Positions 15,430 through 23,804 of a stretch of DNA of 32,000 nt are shown one piece after another. Below the pieces are notes generated by a model that did no database searches, was not told the origin of the DNA, and worked only from the letters and a program-made list of their open reading frames with translations. The position numbers were made by a program, and so were the translations under genes. Numbering within the stretch: position 1 is the stretch's first letter; every line of letters starts with the position of its first letter. This DNA comes from Meiothermus sp. CFH 77666 (lineage in GTDB: Bacteria; Deinococcota; Deinococci; Deinococcales; Thermaceae), in NCBI RefSeq assembly GCF_017497985.1, contig NZ_JAGDFV010000008.1, positions 9,869 through 41,868 of the forward strand, written 5' to 3'.

Positions 15430-18244
15430 GGAGCCGGAGGGCCAGCACATCCTCGAGGGCCAGTGGGGAGCGATTGCCCAAACGGGCCTGGAGGGCCTCG
15501 GCGGGCCAGATTTTCCCCAGCACCCGGCCCAGTTGGGCGCGGTAAGGAGCGGGCAGACCCATGCAGCTTTGTAGCTTTTTCCAGGCGGCTTCCTCCTGGC
15601 CGAGCCCCAGCAGGGCCTGGGTTTCGAGTCCCAGCTTCCAGCTCTGCACGCCGGGGTCTTGCAAATCGCCGATCTGCACCACCTGCGCCAGGGCCTCGGC
15701 CCACTTCTCCTGCCGGGCCAGGGTCTCGGCGTAGCCCAGGCGGGCCTGGGCCTGGAAGTAGGGGTCGCTTTGCTGCAAACAGCCCTGCATCATGGCCTCG
15801 GCTTGGTCGGGCGGCATCAGCAAGGAAAGCTTGAGGGCCACGTCAATCGCCAGGGCAATATAGCGGTCGCCGGGAAGCTTTTTGCTGAGGAGCTCTTCGC
15901 GCAGCTCGCGCAAAATTTTCTCGCTCTCGGGGGCTTTTTGTCCGCCCACATAGGGCGGCAGGTACGGCAGCCCGCTGGCCCGCACCCAGTAGGCCACGGC
16001 AATGCGGTAGAGGGTGCGCCGGTGGCGGTAGTGGGCCTCCTCGGGGCGTTCGCGCACCTCGCGCAGGTAGCTTTCGGCCTCGGCCAGCAGGTTCAGGGCC
16101 TCCAGGGGGCGGCCCCGCACCAGCTCCAGCACGCTGGCCTCGCTCATGGCGCGGGCGCGGATAAACCCGTCGGAGGCTTCGCGGATGGACTGGTAAAGGT
16201 ATTTCTCGGCTTCCTCGAAGTTGCCGATGCGGCGCAGGGCGGTGCCGAACCGGGCCCGTACCCTGGCCACCTCTTCCGGGGGCGCCCCCGAGGATTCCAG
16301 GGCTTGCAAGCCCTGCCGCATCTGGGCCTCGGCCTCGTAGACCCGTCCGGTGCGCAGGAGCAAATCGCCCGACTGGTAGCGGGCCCGCCCCACCAGCAAG
16401 GGGTCGTGGGAAACCTGGCGTAAGGCTTCCAGGGCTTCCTCGAAACGGCCTGCGTCCTTGGCTACCAGGCCCTGCCACAGGCGTACCCGGTCGGCCAGGA
16501 AGGGCTGGATGGGCATTGAAAGGGCCTGCTGCACATAGGCTTCGGCCTGGGCATAGTCGCCCTGCCAGCGCTCGACCGCCGCCCAGACCAGAAGCCCCTC
16601 GGCCCCCACGTCGCCCGAGAGCGTCTCGGGTGGGGGCAACAGCTCCAGGGCAGCCGGGAAATCCCCCGCGTCCACCCGGGCCTCGGCGGCCTTGACCCGG
16701 GCCCAGGACTGGGTGGCGGGGTCGGCGGAACGAAAGAGCAGCTCGAGGGCCTCGAGGGCCTCGGGGTGGGCGTACTGGCCCAAGACCGCGCGGTAGCGCA
16801 CCACCGCCATGGCCAGTTTCTCCCGTTCGGGGCCGGGCCAGTGCTGCGACTCGGCCCAGAGGGTGGGCAGGAGCGAAAGCCGGCTGGGGTCTTGGGAAAG
16901 CAACTCCAGCAGCTTGTCGAGCCGGTGGGCCCCCCGGGCGTGATGGAGCAGGCGGAACAGATCGCCCTTGAAAAAATCCAGCGCCAGGGCGTGTAGTTTG
17001 CGGGCTTCTTTTTCGGGGACGATGGGCAGCAGGGTGCGCAGGGCCGGGCGTACCTTGCCCTCGCCCATGGGGGCCAAGAGCGCCCGCTCGGCCTGCGAGA
17101 GGTGCTCGAGGCCCTTGTTCAGGGCCTTTTCCAGCAGGGCTACCGGAATGCCGGGGTCGGCCTCGGGGGAGAGCACCGCCAGCGCGTGCAGGATGGGGCG
17201 CAGGGTGGTGTCCTGGGCCAGATTCGGGGTGCTCCCGTGGGTCTGGGCGGCCTCCAGCAGCACCAGCCGGGAAAGCTCGGCGAAGTTGCGCCCGGCCTGG
17301 TTCACCAGGGCCTCCACCCGTTCGGGGGGCAGGTCGGGCAGGCGGTCTTTCACGTAGCGGCGAGCCTCGGCCCGGCTGGGGGCTGAAAGGGGGCTCCAGG
17401 CCAGGTTGGGCGGGGGTTCGGAGAGCCCGGCCAGAAAGGGGATGGTAAGCCGCCGCAGGAGGGGCTCGACCCAGGCCGCCAGCCCCACCGGGTTGCCCTG
17501 GGCGTCGCGCAGGCTCAGCCCCCCAATCTGGCCCTCTTTTTCGGCCCGCAGGAGCAGGGGTTTGCCGAAGGCGTTGAGGGCCTTGGCAATCTCGTTGCGG
17601 AGCTCATCTTGCAGGGCGGCCTGCAAGGCGTAGGGCTGGGTGGGGGAAAGCTGGGAGAAGATGCCCTCGAGCTCGATGTCCAGCTTCTCGGCCAGGGGGT
17701 GCAGGTGCTGGGCCAGCTCCCCCCCCAGGTTCACCATCAGGCAGTTGGGCACCGCCCGCTCCACCGCTGCCAGCAGCACGCCCTTGCCGGTCGCGGCGCC
17801 CCCCACCACCACCATCTGGGGTTTGTCGCCCTGCTCCAGCGCCCGCACGAAACGCCGGAACAGCCTGCGCTTGTCGCGCCCCAGGGCCCGCCGGGCCGAC
17901 TCGAGGGCCAGCTCCGAGGGCAGGCTGGGGGCCTCGAGGCCCGACTCGGTGTACAAATCGCCGATTACCTCAAACAGGCGCAGCTTTTCCTCCGGGCTGC
18001 CCAGGTCTTTGTACAGAATGTTGCGAACCGTGCCGGCCCGTCCGCCCCGCTCGGCCACCGCCGCTTCCAGCCAGCGTAAACTGCCTTTTTTGCCCCGGTG
18101 GTCGCGCCCCGAAAGGTGTGGGCGCAGGTTTTCCAAATAGGTCTGCCAGAGTGTACTCACTTCTCCCACAATATCTACACCATACCGGGGTGTAGTGTAA
18201 TCTGCAAGTAATAAAATTAAAAGCCCTTGCTTTTTGGCGGTCAT
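15398..18244 (-). CDS. 948-aa STAND-like P-loop NTPase fused to a long TPR/alpha-solenoid region; C-terminus IS-derived
   Basis: Deviant Walker A GGAATGKG (aa 148-155). The LAWSPLSAPSRAEARRYV segment resembles the helical lid of AAA16/NB-ARC proteins. About 500 aa of TPR-like repeats. The last 10 codons lie inside the ISAs1 right inverted repeat. Confidence 0.85.
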   Translation of the reverse strand: MTAKKQGLLILLLADYTTPRYGVDIVGEVSTLWQTYLENLRPHLSGRDHRGKKGSLRWLEAAVAERGGRAGTVRNILYKDLGSPEEKLRLFEVIGDLYTESGLEAPSLPSELALESARRALGRDKRRLFRRFVRALEQGDKPQMVVVGGAATGKGVLLAAVERAVPNCLMVNLGGELAQHLHPLAEKLDIELEGIFSQLSPTQPYALQAALQDELRNEIAKALNAFGKPLLLRAEKEGQIGGLSLRDAQGNPVGLAAWVEPLLRRLTIPFLAGLSEPPPNLAWSPLSAPSRAEARRYVKDRLPDLPPERVEALVNQAGRNFAELSRLVLLEAAQTHGSTPNLAQDTTLRPILHALAVLSPEADPGIPVALLEKALNKGLEHLSQAERALLAPMGEGKVRPALRTLLPIVPEKEARKLHALALDFFKGDLFRLLHHARGAHRLDKLLELLSQDPSRLSLLPTLWAESQHWPGPEREKLAMAVVRYRAVLGQYAHPEALEALELLFRSADPATQSWARVKAAEARVDAGDFPAALELLPPPETLSGDVGAEGLLVWAAVERWQGDYAQAEAYVQQALSMPIQPFLADRVRLWQGLVAKDAGRFEEALEALRQVSHDPLLVGRARYQSGDLLLRTGRVYEAEAQMRQGLQALESSGAPPEEVARVRARFGTALRRIGNFEEAEKYLYQSIREASDGFIRARAMSEASVLELVRGRPLEALNLLAEAESYLREVRERPEEAHYRHRRTLYRIAVAYWVRASGLPYLPPYVGGQKAPESEKILRELREELLSKKLPGDRYIALAIDVALKLSLLMPPDQAEAMMQGCLQQSDPYFQAQARLGYAETLARQEKWAEALAQVVQIGDLQDPGVQSWKLGLETQALLGLGQEEAAWKKLQSCMGLPAPYRAQLGRVLGKIWPAEALQARLGNRSPLALEDVLALRLQAFITTLELT

Positions 18245-18323
18245 TACTTTTTAATTCATAGTGTTTATACCCTCTACAGGTATGCTTCACAACTAGCCTT
18301 CGTTCAAATAATGGGGAGGAAAC

Positions 18324-18803
18324 ATGAATCGCTGGTTGGCAATGCTGGTGTTCTTTGCAATCGTTCTGGCAGCCTCACCAGGCCAGGTAGCCCCCGACTT
18401 TCGACTGCGCGATGCTTCCGGCAAGGTCTACACCCTGGCCAGTTTCAAGGGGAAGCCAGTGGTGATTACCTTCTGGGCAAGCTGGTGCCCTATCTGTAAG
18501 GCCGAGTTCCCCAAGCTGCACCAGCTGGCCCAGCAGTACAAGGTGCCCTTTGTAGTCATCAGCCGCGAGCCCAGAGATACCGACCAGGTGGTGCGCGACT
18601 ACATGAAGACCTACCCCAACTTTTTACCGTTGCTGGCCCTGCCAGGCGGAGATAACCCCGTAGCTGTGGCTAACCGTTATAGAGTGCTGGGGCAGCCCTG
18701 GACGTTTGTGCTGGATGGTGAGGGAAAGGTGGTCAACCTGTACGCGGGCAAGGTAGAGGTAGATGCACTCAAGGACGACCTTGCGCTGGCCGGGTATGAG
18801 TAG
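18324..18803 (+). CDS. TlpA/ResA-family thiol:disulfide oxidoreductase (redoxin)
   Basis: Signal/anchor sequence MNRWLAMLVFFAIVLAA. WCPIC active site. GGGGAGG Shine-Dalgarno sequence. Confidence 0.9.
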   Translation: MNRWLAMLVFFAIVLAASPGQVAPDFRLRDASGKVYTLASFKGKPVVITFWASWCPICKAEFPKLHQLAQQYKVPFVVISREPRDTDQVVRDYMKTYPNFLPLLALPGGDNPVAVANRYRVLGQPWTFVLDGEGKVVNLYAGKVEVDALKDDLALAGYE

Positions 18804-18964
18804 TTCGGCCAGATTGAGGTGGATTATTGAACAGTTGACAGGCGGGTAGCCCTTCAGTCTGTCTTAACTCTGGAGTACGCCCTTTGGTAGGATTGATACC
18901 TCGCCGTTTGGCAACGAATCAAAGCGGCACAAGGGTCATCGAATCCAACAACGAAAACACCTGC

Positions 18965-19064
18965 CATTCCGAGGAGGCGTTAGCCGACGAGGAATCCGGT
19001 ACTGCACAGGGCTAGTGATTGTTGGGGATGGCAGCACTTCGGATTCCTCGCTGCGCTCGGAATG
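18965..19064. repeat. Pair of inverted ATTCC...GGAAT palindromic units
   Basis: CATTCCGAG (18965-18973) pairs with CTCGGAATG (19056-19064). CGAGGAATCCG (18988-18998) pairs with CGGATTCCTCG (19040-19050). The unit translates to the HSERSEESE-type junk peptide. Confidence 0.5.
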
Positions 19065-19152
19065 ACACTTTTGGCTGGGTTTTTGTGCCTTTCGCGTCAC
19101 CGTTCTGAGTATTCCCGGTGTACCCGCTCGTGCATCCACGGATATTCACAGC

Positions 19153-19605
19153 TCAATTAAGGGTACGCTCCTTGTGCATCAGGGTGGCGAGATTGAAGAC
19201 GATATCTTTGGAGAGGCGATCAAACTCGCTCTCGAGCATAACCCGGGCCGCCTCCACGCCCCGCATCCGAAGGGTTTGCACGCCCCGGGCTGCGTATAGA
19301 TGAAAGTTCCGATGGGTTTCGCGCAGGGCAGCAAACTCGGGGTGCAGGGCCAGGGTGCTGCGGGCGGCCTTGCCGTAGAGCCACTGCCCCAGGGCGCACT
19401 GGTTGTCCTGCATGACCGCAACAATATCTATTTCCTCGTTAGACAGGCCTAGGATGCGATCCTCGAGGCGCTTGCGCCAGGCCAGGTGAGTATTGATGAC
19501 GGCCTGCACATCAAGGCCCATGAAGCGTTGCTCGGCTTCTTCTAGTTTGGGTGCTTCTGTGGGCTGTTTGCGGCCCCAGCTGCGGAGCCAGTCTAAAAGG
19601 TTCAT
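19153..19605 (-). CDS. Stand-alone CZB (chemoreceptor zinc-binding) domain protein
   Basis: Complete CZB signature: H40-x2-W43, 26 residues, C70-A-L-G-Q-W75, 22 residues, H98-x3-H102. Confidence 0.85.
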   Translation of the reverse strand: MNLLDWLRSWGRKQPTEAPKLEEAEQRFMGLDVQAVINTHLAWRKRLEDRILGLSNEEIDIVAVMQDNQCALGQWLYGKAARSTLALHPEFAALRETHRNFHLYAARGVQTLRMRGVEAARVMLESEFDRLSKDIVFNLATLMHKERTLN

Positions 19606-19809
19606 ACTGAAGATAATCTAGAAGCAAATTGTTGAAAACTCTTGCAAAAATCCCCTGAATACAGCATTACGAGCGTTATCGCGCTCTTCACAGATGCGAC
19701 TGCCCATCCACCAGGCGGCCACTGTTTTGTTCAGGACAAGGGATTCTTAGTCCTGGATGATTCGATTTTTGTGAGGAGCGCTAGTCCTATAGCAAGGCGT
19801 AGTGCCTTA

Positions 19810-20574
19810 TTATCCATGAAGCACTTTGGGCAGGTTCTGCCACAGAATAAAAACCCCCATCACCACCAGAAACCCGGCAAAGCCGCGCCGTAGGGTTAGT
19901 TGGGGTATAGAGGCAGCAATGCGTCCGCCGAACAGGCTGCCTACAATGCCGAGTGCGGCAAAGAGCAGCACAATGTCCCAGTGCACGGTGTAGCCCTGCT
20001 CGGGCAGCAGATGGAGGTACTTGTAAAATCCACTGGCGGATTTCATGGCCACCACCAACAAACTGGTGCCCACCGCCAGATGCATGGGAAGCCCTCCCAG
20101 AAGTACCAGGGCGGGTACGATGAGGAAACCCCCGCCCACCCCCACCAGCCCGGTCAGGGCACCGACGATCAGGCCATCGAGGATGATTTTGAGATAGGAG
20201 CGCTTTTGGGCCTTGGCCTCGAGCTTAGGGGGGCGGAACATCATGTAAGCCGCCAGAAGCATCACCACCGCAAACAGCCCCAGCTGCCAAACCCCCGGCA
20301 CCCACTGCGAGAAATACGCTCCCAGGTAGGTTCCCGTCATGCCGGGGATGCCAAAGAACAGCACGTTACGCCAGTCAATCTGCCCCTTGAGGGCATAGGG
20401 CACGGCCCCCACCAGGGCTATCAGGCCCACAATAGCCAACGACTCAGCAATGGCTAGCTTGTCGGGCTCGCCCACCAGATAGACCAGAATGGGCACCGTC
20501 AGGATGGAGCCTCCCGACCCCAACATGCCCAGGGCCAGACCGATCATGACAGCGCCTATCCAGGCTAGGTACAT
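19810..20574 (-). CDS. TauE/SafE family sulfite/anion exporter
   Basis: Polytopic membrane protein with duplicated GxGGG motifs (MLGSGGS, VGVGGGF). ATG 20574 overlaps the upstream stop by 10 nt. Confidence 0.9.
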   Translation of the reverse strand: MYLAWIGAVMIGLALGMLGSGGSILTVPILVYLVGEPDKLAIAESLAIVGLIALVGAVPYALKGQIDWRNVLFFGIPGMTGTYLGAYFSQWVPGVWQLGLFAVVMLLAAYMMFRPPKLEAKAQKRSYLKIILDGLIVGALTGLVGVGGGFLIVPALVLLGGLPMHLAVGTSLLVVAMKSASGFYKYLHLLPEQGYTVHWDIVLLFAALGIVGSLFGGRIAASIPQLTLRRGFAGFLVVMGVFILWQNLPKVLHG

Positions 20575-20918
20575 GGGGCCTCCTCGGGTTTGAAGGGGGT
20601 TTCGACCTGCTTCCCACGGCCCTTGCACGAGAGCTCGTAACCCTGGGCGGCATACCCCTGGATGCCGCTGACCAGTTTGCCCACCTCGAAGCCCTCGTAC
20701 TCGAGCACCTCCGCTGCCAGCCCGGCCCGGCTGCCGGTAGCGCAGATGGTTATGATGGGGCTTTTCAGACTGCCAAGTTGATCGAGCAGCTGTTCCAGCG
20801 GGAGATTGCGGGCTCCTGGAATGTGGCCTGCGGCGTACTCCTCCGGCGAGCGCACGTCGAGGAGCAGGGCCCCTTTTTTCTGCCAGAAGGAGAGCTCGTT
20901 GGGAAAGACATCGAACAT
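20565..20918 (-). CDS. Single-domain rhodanese (active-site loop CATGSRA)
   Basis: Start MFDVFPNE... at 20918, sharing one nucleotide with the upstream TGA stop (TGATG). The upstream extension to 21077 is rejected. Confidence 0.8.
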   Translation of the reverse strand: MFDVFPNELSFWQKKGALLLDVRSPEEYAAGHIPGARNLPLEQLLDQLGSLKSPIITICATGSRAGLAAEVLEYEGFEVGKLVSGIQGYAAQGYELSCKGRGKQVETPFKPEEAPCT

Positions 20919-21259
20919 CACTTCACCGGGAGTTTGTGCTGCTTCCAGGCCAAGAGACCCCCAGCCAGGTTGTAGGTGGTGTAGCCGCGCTCGGCCAGAA
21001 AACGGGCCGCCTGGGCGCTGCGGTTGCCGCTTTGGCACTGGCAGATGATTTCCTTGTCCTTGGGGAGCTTGTCCCACTCCTGGGCTAGCCTGTCCAGGGG
21101 CAGGGCCTGGGAGCCGGGAATTTTGCCTTCCTGGCGCTCCAGGGGGGTGCGAACGTCCAGGATGATGGCCCCGGCCTTGGCCTTTTCGTAAGCCTCGAGG
21201 GGGCCGAGCCGCCCCACCTTAGCCCCACCCCCCAGCAGGCTTTTGAGCCAACCGATCAA
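20918..21259 (-). CDS. Single-domain rhodanese (CQSGNRS loop)
   Basis: 113-aa ORF. TTG start overlapping the upstream stop by 4 nt. GlpE/PspE-like size. Confidence 0.85.
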   Translation of the reverse strand: MIGWLKSLLGGGAKVGRLGPLEAYEKAKAGAIILDVRTPLERQEGKIPGSQALPLDRLAQEWDKLPKDKEIICQCQSGNRSAQAARFLAERGYTTYNLAGGLLAWKQHKLPVK

Positions 21260-21918
21260 CGCGCCACCTCAAAGCCCGAGGCCATCCAGCCGTAGGTGCC
21301 GCCCTCGAGGTTCCCCACCTTGGCGCCATCAAAGCCCTGGCCTACCAGGAACTCCGAAGCCTGCGAGGAACGGTTGCCCGAGGCGCAGACCAGCACCAGC
21401 TTGCGGTCTTTGGGCAGGTTCTTGGACTCCGCCACAAAACGCCCCAGGGGGATGTTCACTGCTCCCGGTACGTGCCCCATGGCATACTCGTAGGGTTCGC
21501 GCACGTCCACCACATACGCACCCTCCTGAATCCACTGCTGGGCCTGGTGGGGGGTCAGCTCGGTAAAGGCGGTGTCGTGGTAGGTGGCCTCCAGGGGCTG
21601 GGTGTCCAGGGGCAGGCCCATCTGGTACCAGGCCATGATGCCGCCATCCAGGTTCAGCAGGTTGGAATACCCCTTGGCCGAGAGCCAGCCCGCCGCCTGG
21701 GCGCTGCGGTTGCCGCTGCGGCAGTAAAGCACCACGGGCTTGTCCTTGGGAATCTCCGAGAAGCGCCCGGCGAACTCGGAGAGGGGGATCAGCAGGGCTC
21801 CCTCGATGCGCACCTGGGCAAACTCTTCGGGCTCGCGCACATCCACGAAGAGCACGTTTTCTTCTTGCAGTTTGCGGGCTTCCTGGGGGCTGATGTCTTT
21901 GTACGGTACGGTCAGCAT
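21256..21918 (-). CDS. Tandem (two-domain) rhodanese, both domains with catalytic Cys (CRSGNRS, CASGNRS)
   Basis: 220-aa ORF. GGGAGG Shine-Dalgarno sequence before ATG 21918. Confidence 0.9.
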   Translation of the reverse strand: MLTVPYKDISPQEARKLQEENVLFVDVREPEEFAQVRIEGALLIPLSEFAGRFSEIPKDKPVVLYCRSGNRSAQAAGWLSAKGYSNLLNLDGGIMAWYQMGLPLDTQPLEATYHDTAFTELTPHQAQQWIQEGAYVVDVREPYEYAMGHVPGAVNIPLGRFVAESKNLPKDRKLVLVCASGNRSSQASEFLVGQGFDGAKVGNLEGGTYGWMASGFEVAR

Positions 21919-21946
21919 GTTTTCCTCCCTTTTAGATGGGGCTGGT

Positions 21947-22255
21947 CTAAACCGGGCTTGCGCAGGGGATACCGGCCTCGCACCAGGCCTTGATGCCGCC
22001 CTCGAGCTGCCAGACCTTGGGGTGGCCCAGGCTTTGCAGGGCTCTGAGACCCTCCTGCGAGCGGTTACCGCTCTTGCAGTAGAGCAGAACGGGCTGGTCG
22101 CGCTCGAGGTACAAAGGCGCCAGGCTGGCCAGCTTGGACAAGGGCAGGCGCAGGGCCCCCGGCAGTACGCCGTCGGCCCACTCCTCGGGCTCGCGGATGT
22201 CCACCACCTGGTAGCGTTCCAGGGTATGGTAGGCGGTTTTGACGTTCAGGTTCAT
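21947..22255 (-). CDS. Single-domain rhodanese (CKSGNRS loop)
   Basis: 102-aa ORF with strong GC3 bias. Confidence 0.85.
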   Translation of the reverse strand: MNLNVKTAYHTLERYQVVDIREPEEWADGVLPGALRLPLSKLASLAPLYLERDQPVLLYCKSGNRSQEGLRALQSLGHPKVWQLEGGIKAWCEAGIPCASPV

Positions 22256-22320
22256 GGGTGTTCAGGTTTCGTGGGGGAGCCCCTGGCAGGGCCAGGGGCC
22301 GTGGGCAGGTTTTGCGAAAC

Positions 22321-23763
22321 TCAGGCCTCCACCAGCTCGCGGGCCGGGCCTTTCTCCACCGGGAAGCCTTCCTGCTGCCAGGCCCGGATGCCCCCGGTGA
22401 GGTTAATCAGGTTGTTGAAGCCTGCCGAAAGCAGGGCGCTGATGGCGGTGGAGGAGCGGTCTCCGCCCAGGCAGTGCACCACCACCGGCTTGTCCTTGGG
22501 AATGCGGTTCAGATGGTTCATCACCCGTCCGGCGTGGATATTCAGGGCACCAGGGATGTGGCCGGCCAGGTACTCGTCGGCTCCGCGCACGTCCAGGATG
22601 GCCACCTCGCCTTTTTCCCAGCGGGCCTTGGCCTCGGCGGCGGTAATCTGCGGCACGGTCTCGAGCTCGCCCTGCACGTAGCCCTCGAGGCTGGGAATAT
22701 AGCCCACCACCCGATCCAGCCCGATGCGGATGAGTTGCTTGACCAGCTCGTGCACCCGCTCAGGGCTGGCCAGCAGGATGAAGTCGCGGTCGTAGGGCAA
22801 GAGCCAGCCGGCCCAGGTCGAGAAGCTCTTGCCCGCCGGGATGTTGATGGCGCCCCCCAGGTGCCCGCCGGCGAAGGCCAGCTTGTCGCGGGTATCTACC
22901 AGCAAAACGCCTTCCGACAGCTTTTGCTGGAACTGCTCGGGGGTGAAGAGGTGTGGCTCCTTGAGGTCGCCCAGGATGGGCATACCGTCGCGGTTGAGCC
23001 GCTTCATCTGGGCGAAGTAGTAAGGGGCCTCGGGCTGGCCGGACAGTAGGGCCTTGACGAAGCCTTCCTCGTCATTGTTACGCAGGTAGTCGGCCCACCA
23101 GGCAAAGCGGCGCTCATAGCCCACGGTGGTGCTGGCGACGGCCCCCAGCCCCTTGCCGCAGGCGCTGCCCGCGCCGTGGCCGGGCCAGACCTGCACGTAG
23201 TCGGGCAGGGTGAGGAACTTCTCTTTGAGGCTCTTGAACATGCGCCGCGCACCGGGCTCGGCGGTGCCCATAATGCCCGCTGCCTCTTCCAGCAGGTCGG
23301 GGCGACCAACATCGCCCACAAACACAAAGTCGCCGGTCAGGATGAAGCCGGGCTCGCTGGCGGCCGCGCCGTCTTGCACCAGGAAGCTGATGTGCTCGGG
23401 GGTGTGGCCGGGGGTGTGTACCACGGTCAGGGTGATGTTGCCCAGCTTGATCTGGTCGCCGTCTTTGACCAGCTGGTAGTCGAAGCCCTCCAAGCCCTTG
23501 TACTTCCAGTTTTGGTCGCCTTCGTCGGAGAGGTAGAGCTTGGCCCCGGTGGCCCTGGCCAGCTCCCGCGCCCCGGAGAGATAGTCGGCGTGGATGTGGG
23601 TCTCGGTGATGGCCACAATCTTCATGCCGTTTTTCTGGGCCTCATCCAGGTACACCTGAATATCACGCCGGGGGTCTACCACGATGGCGGTACCCGCGGA
23701 CTGACAACCGATGAAGTAGCTACCCTGAGCCAAACCTTCCTCGTAAATTTGCTTGAAGAGCAT
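22321..23763 (-). CDS. Persulfide dioxygenase (MBL fold) fused to two rhodanese domains (CstB/PRF-like)
   Basis: THIHADY metal motif. First rhodanese-like domain has no Cys; the second has HCLGGDRS. ATG 23763 follows a GGAGG Shine-Dalgarno sequence at 7 nt. Confidence 0.9.
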   Translation of the reverse strand: MLFKQIYEEGLAQGSYFIGCQSAGTAIVVDPRRDIQVYLDEAQKNGMKIVAITETHIHADYLSGARELARATGAKLYLSDEGDQNWKYKGLEGFDYQLVKDGDQIKLGNITLTVVHTPGHTPEHISFLVQDGAAASEPGFILTGDFVFVGDVGRPDLLEEAAGIMGTAEPGARRMFKSLKEKFLTLPDYVQVWPGHGAGSACGKGLGAVASTTVGYERRFAWWADYLRNNDEEGFVKALLSGQPEAPYYFAQMKRLNRDGMPILGDLKEPHLFTPEQFQQKLSEGVLLVDTRDKLAFAGGHLGGAINIPAGKSFSTWAGWLLPYDRDFILLASPERVHELVKQLIRIGLDRVVGYIPSLEGYVQGELETVPQITAAEAKARWEKGEVAILDVRGADEYLAGHIPGALNIHAGRVMNHLNRIPKDKPVVVHCLGGDRSSTAISALLSAGFNNLINLTGGIRAWQQEGFPVEKGPARELVEA

Positions 23764-23783
23764 TAGCAAACCTCCACCTGGCA

Positions 23784-23804
23784 GGATATATCCCCAGGGG
23801 ATAT
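23784..23804. promoter_or_regulatory. Overlapping perfect palindromes in the sqr-pdo spacer
   Basis: GGATATATCC (23784-23793) and ATATCCCC-A-GGGGATAT (23787-23803). A third GGATAT lies at 23824-23829. Confidence 0.3.

Noticed and set aside
18936-19139. 67-aa ORF containing HSERSEESE
   Set aside because: It is the translation of the palindromic repeat units, with no coding bias.
19606-19809. 204-nt low-GC spacer between tauE and the CZB gene as a riboswitch or sRNA
   Set aside because: I could see only short, unconvincing hairpins (AAGGC/GCCTT, CAGGAC/GTCCTG, GAGCG/CGCTC) and no recognisable conserved RNA motif.
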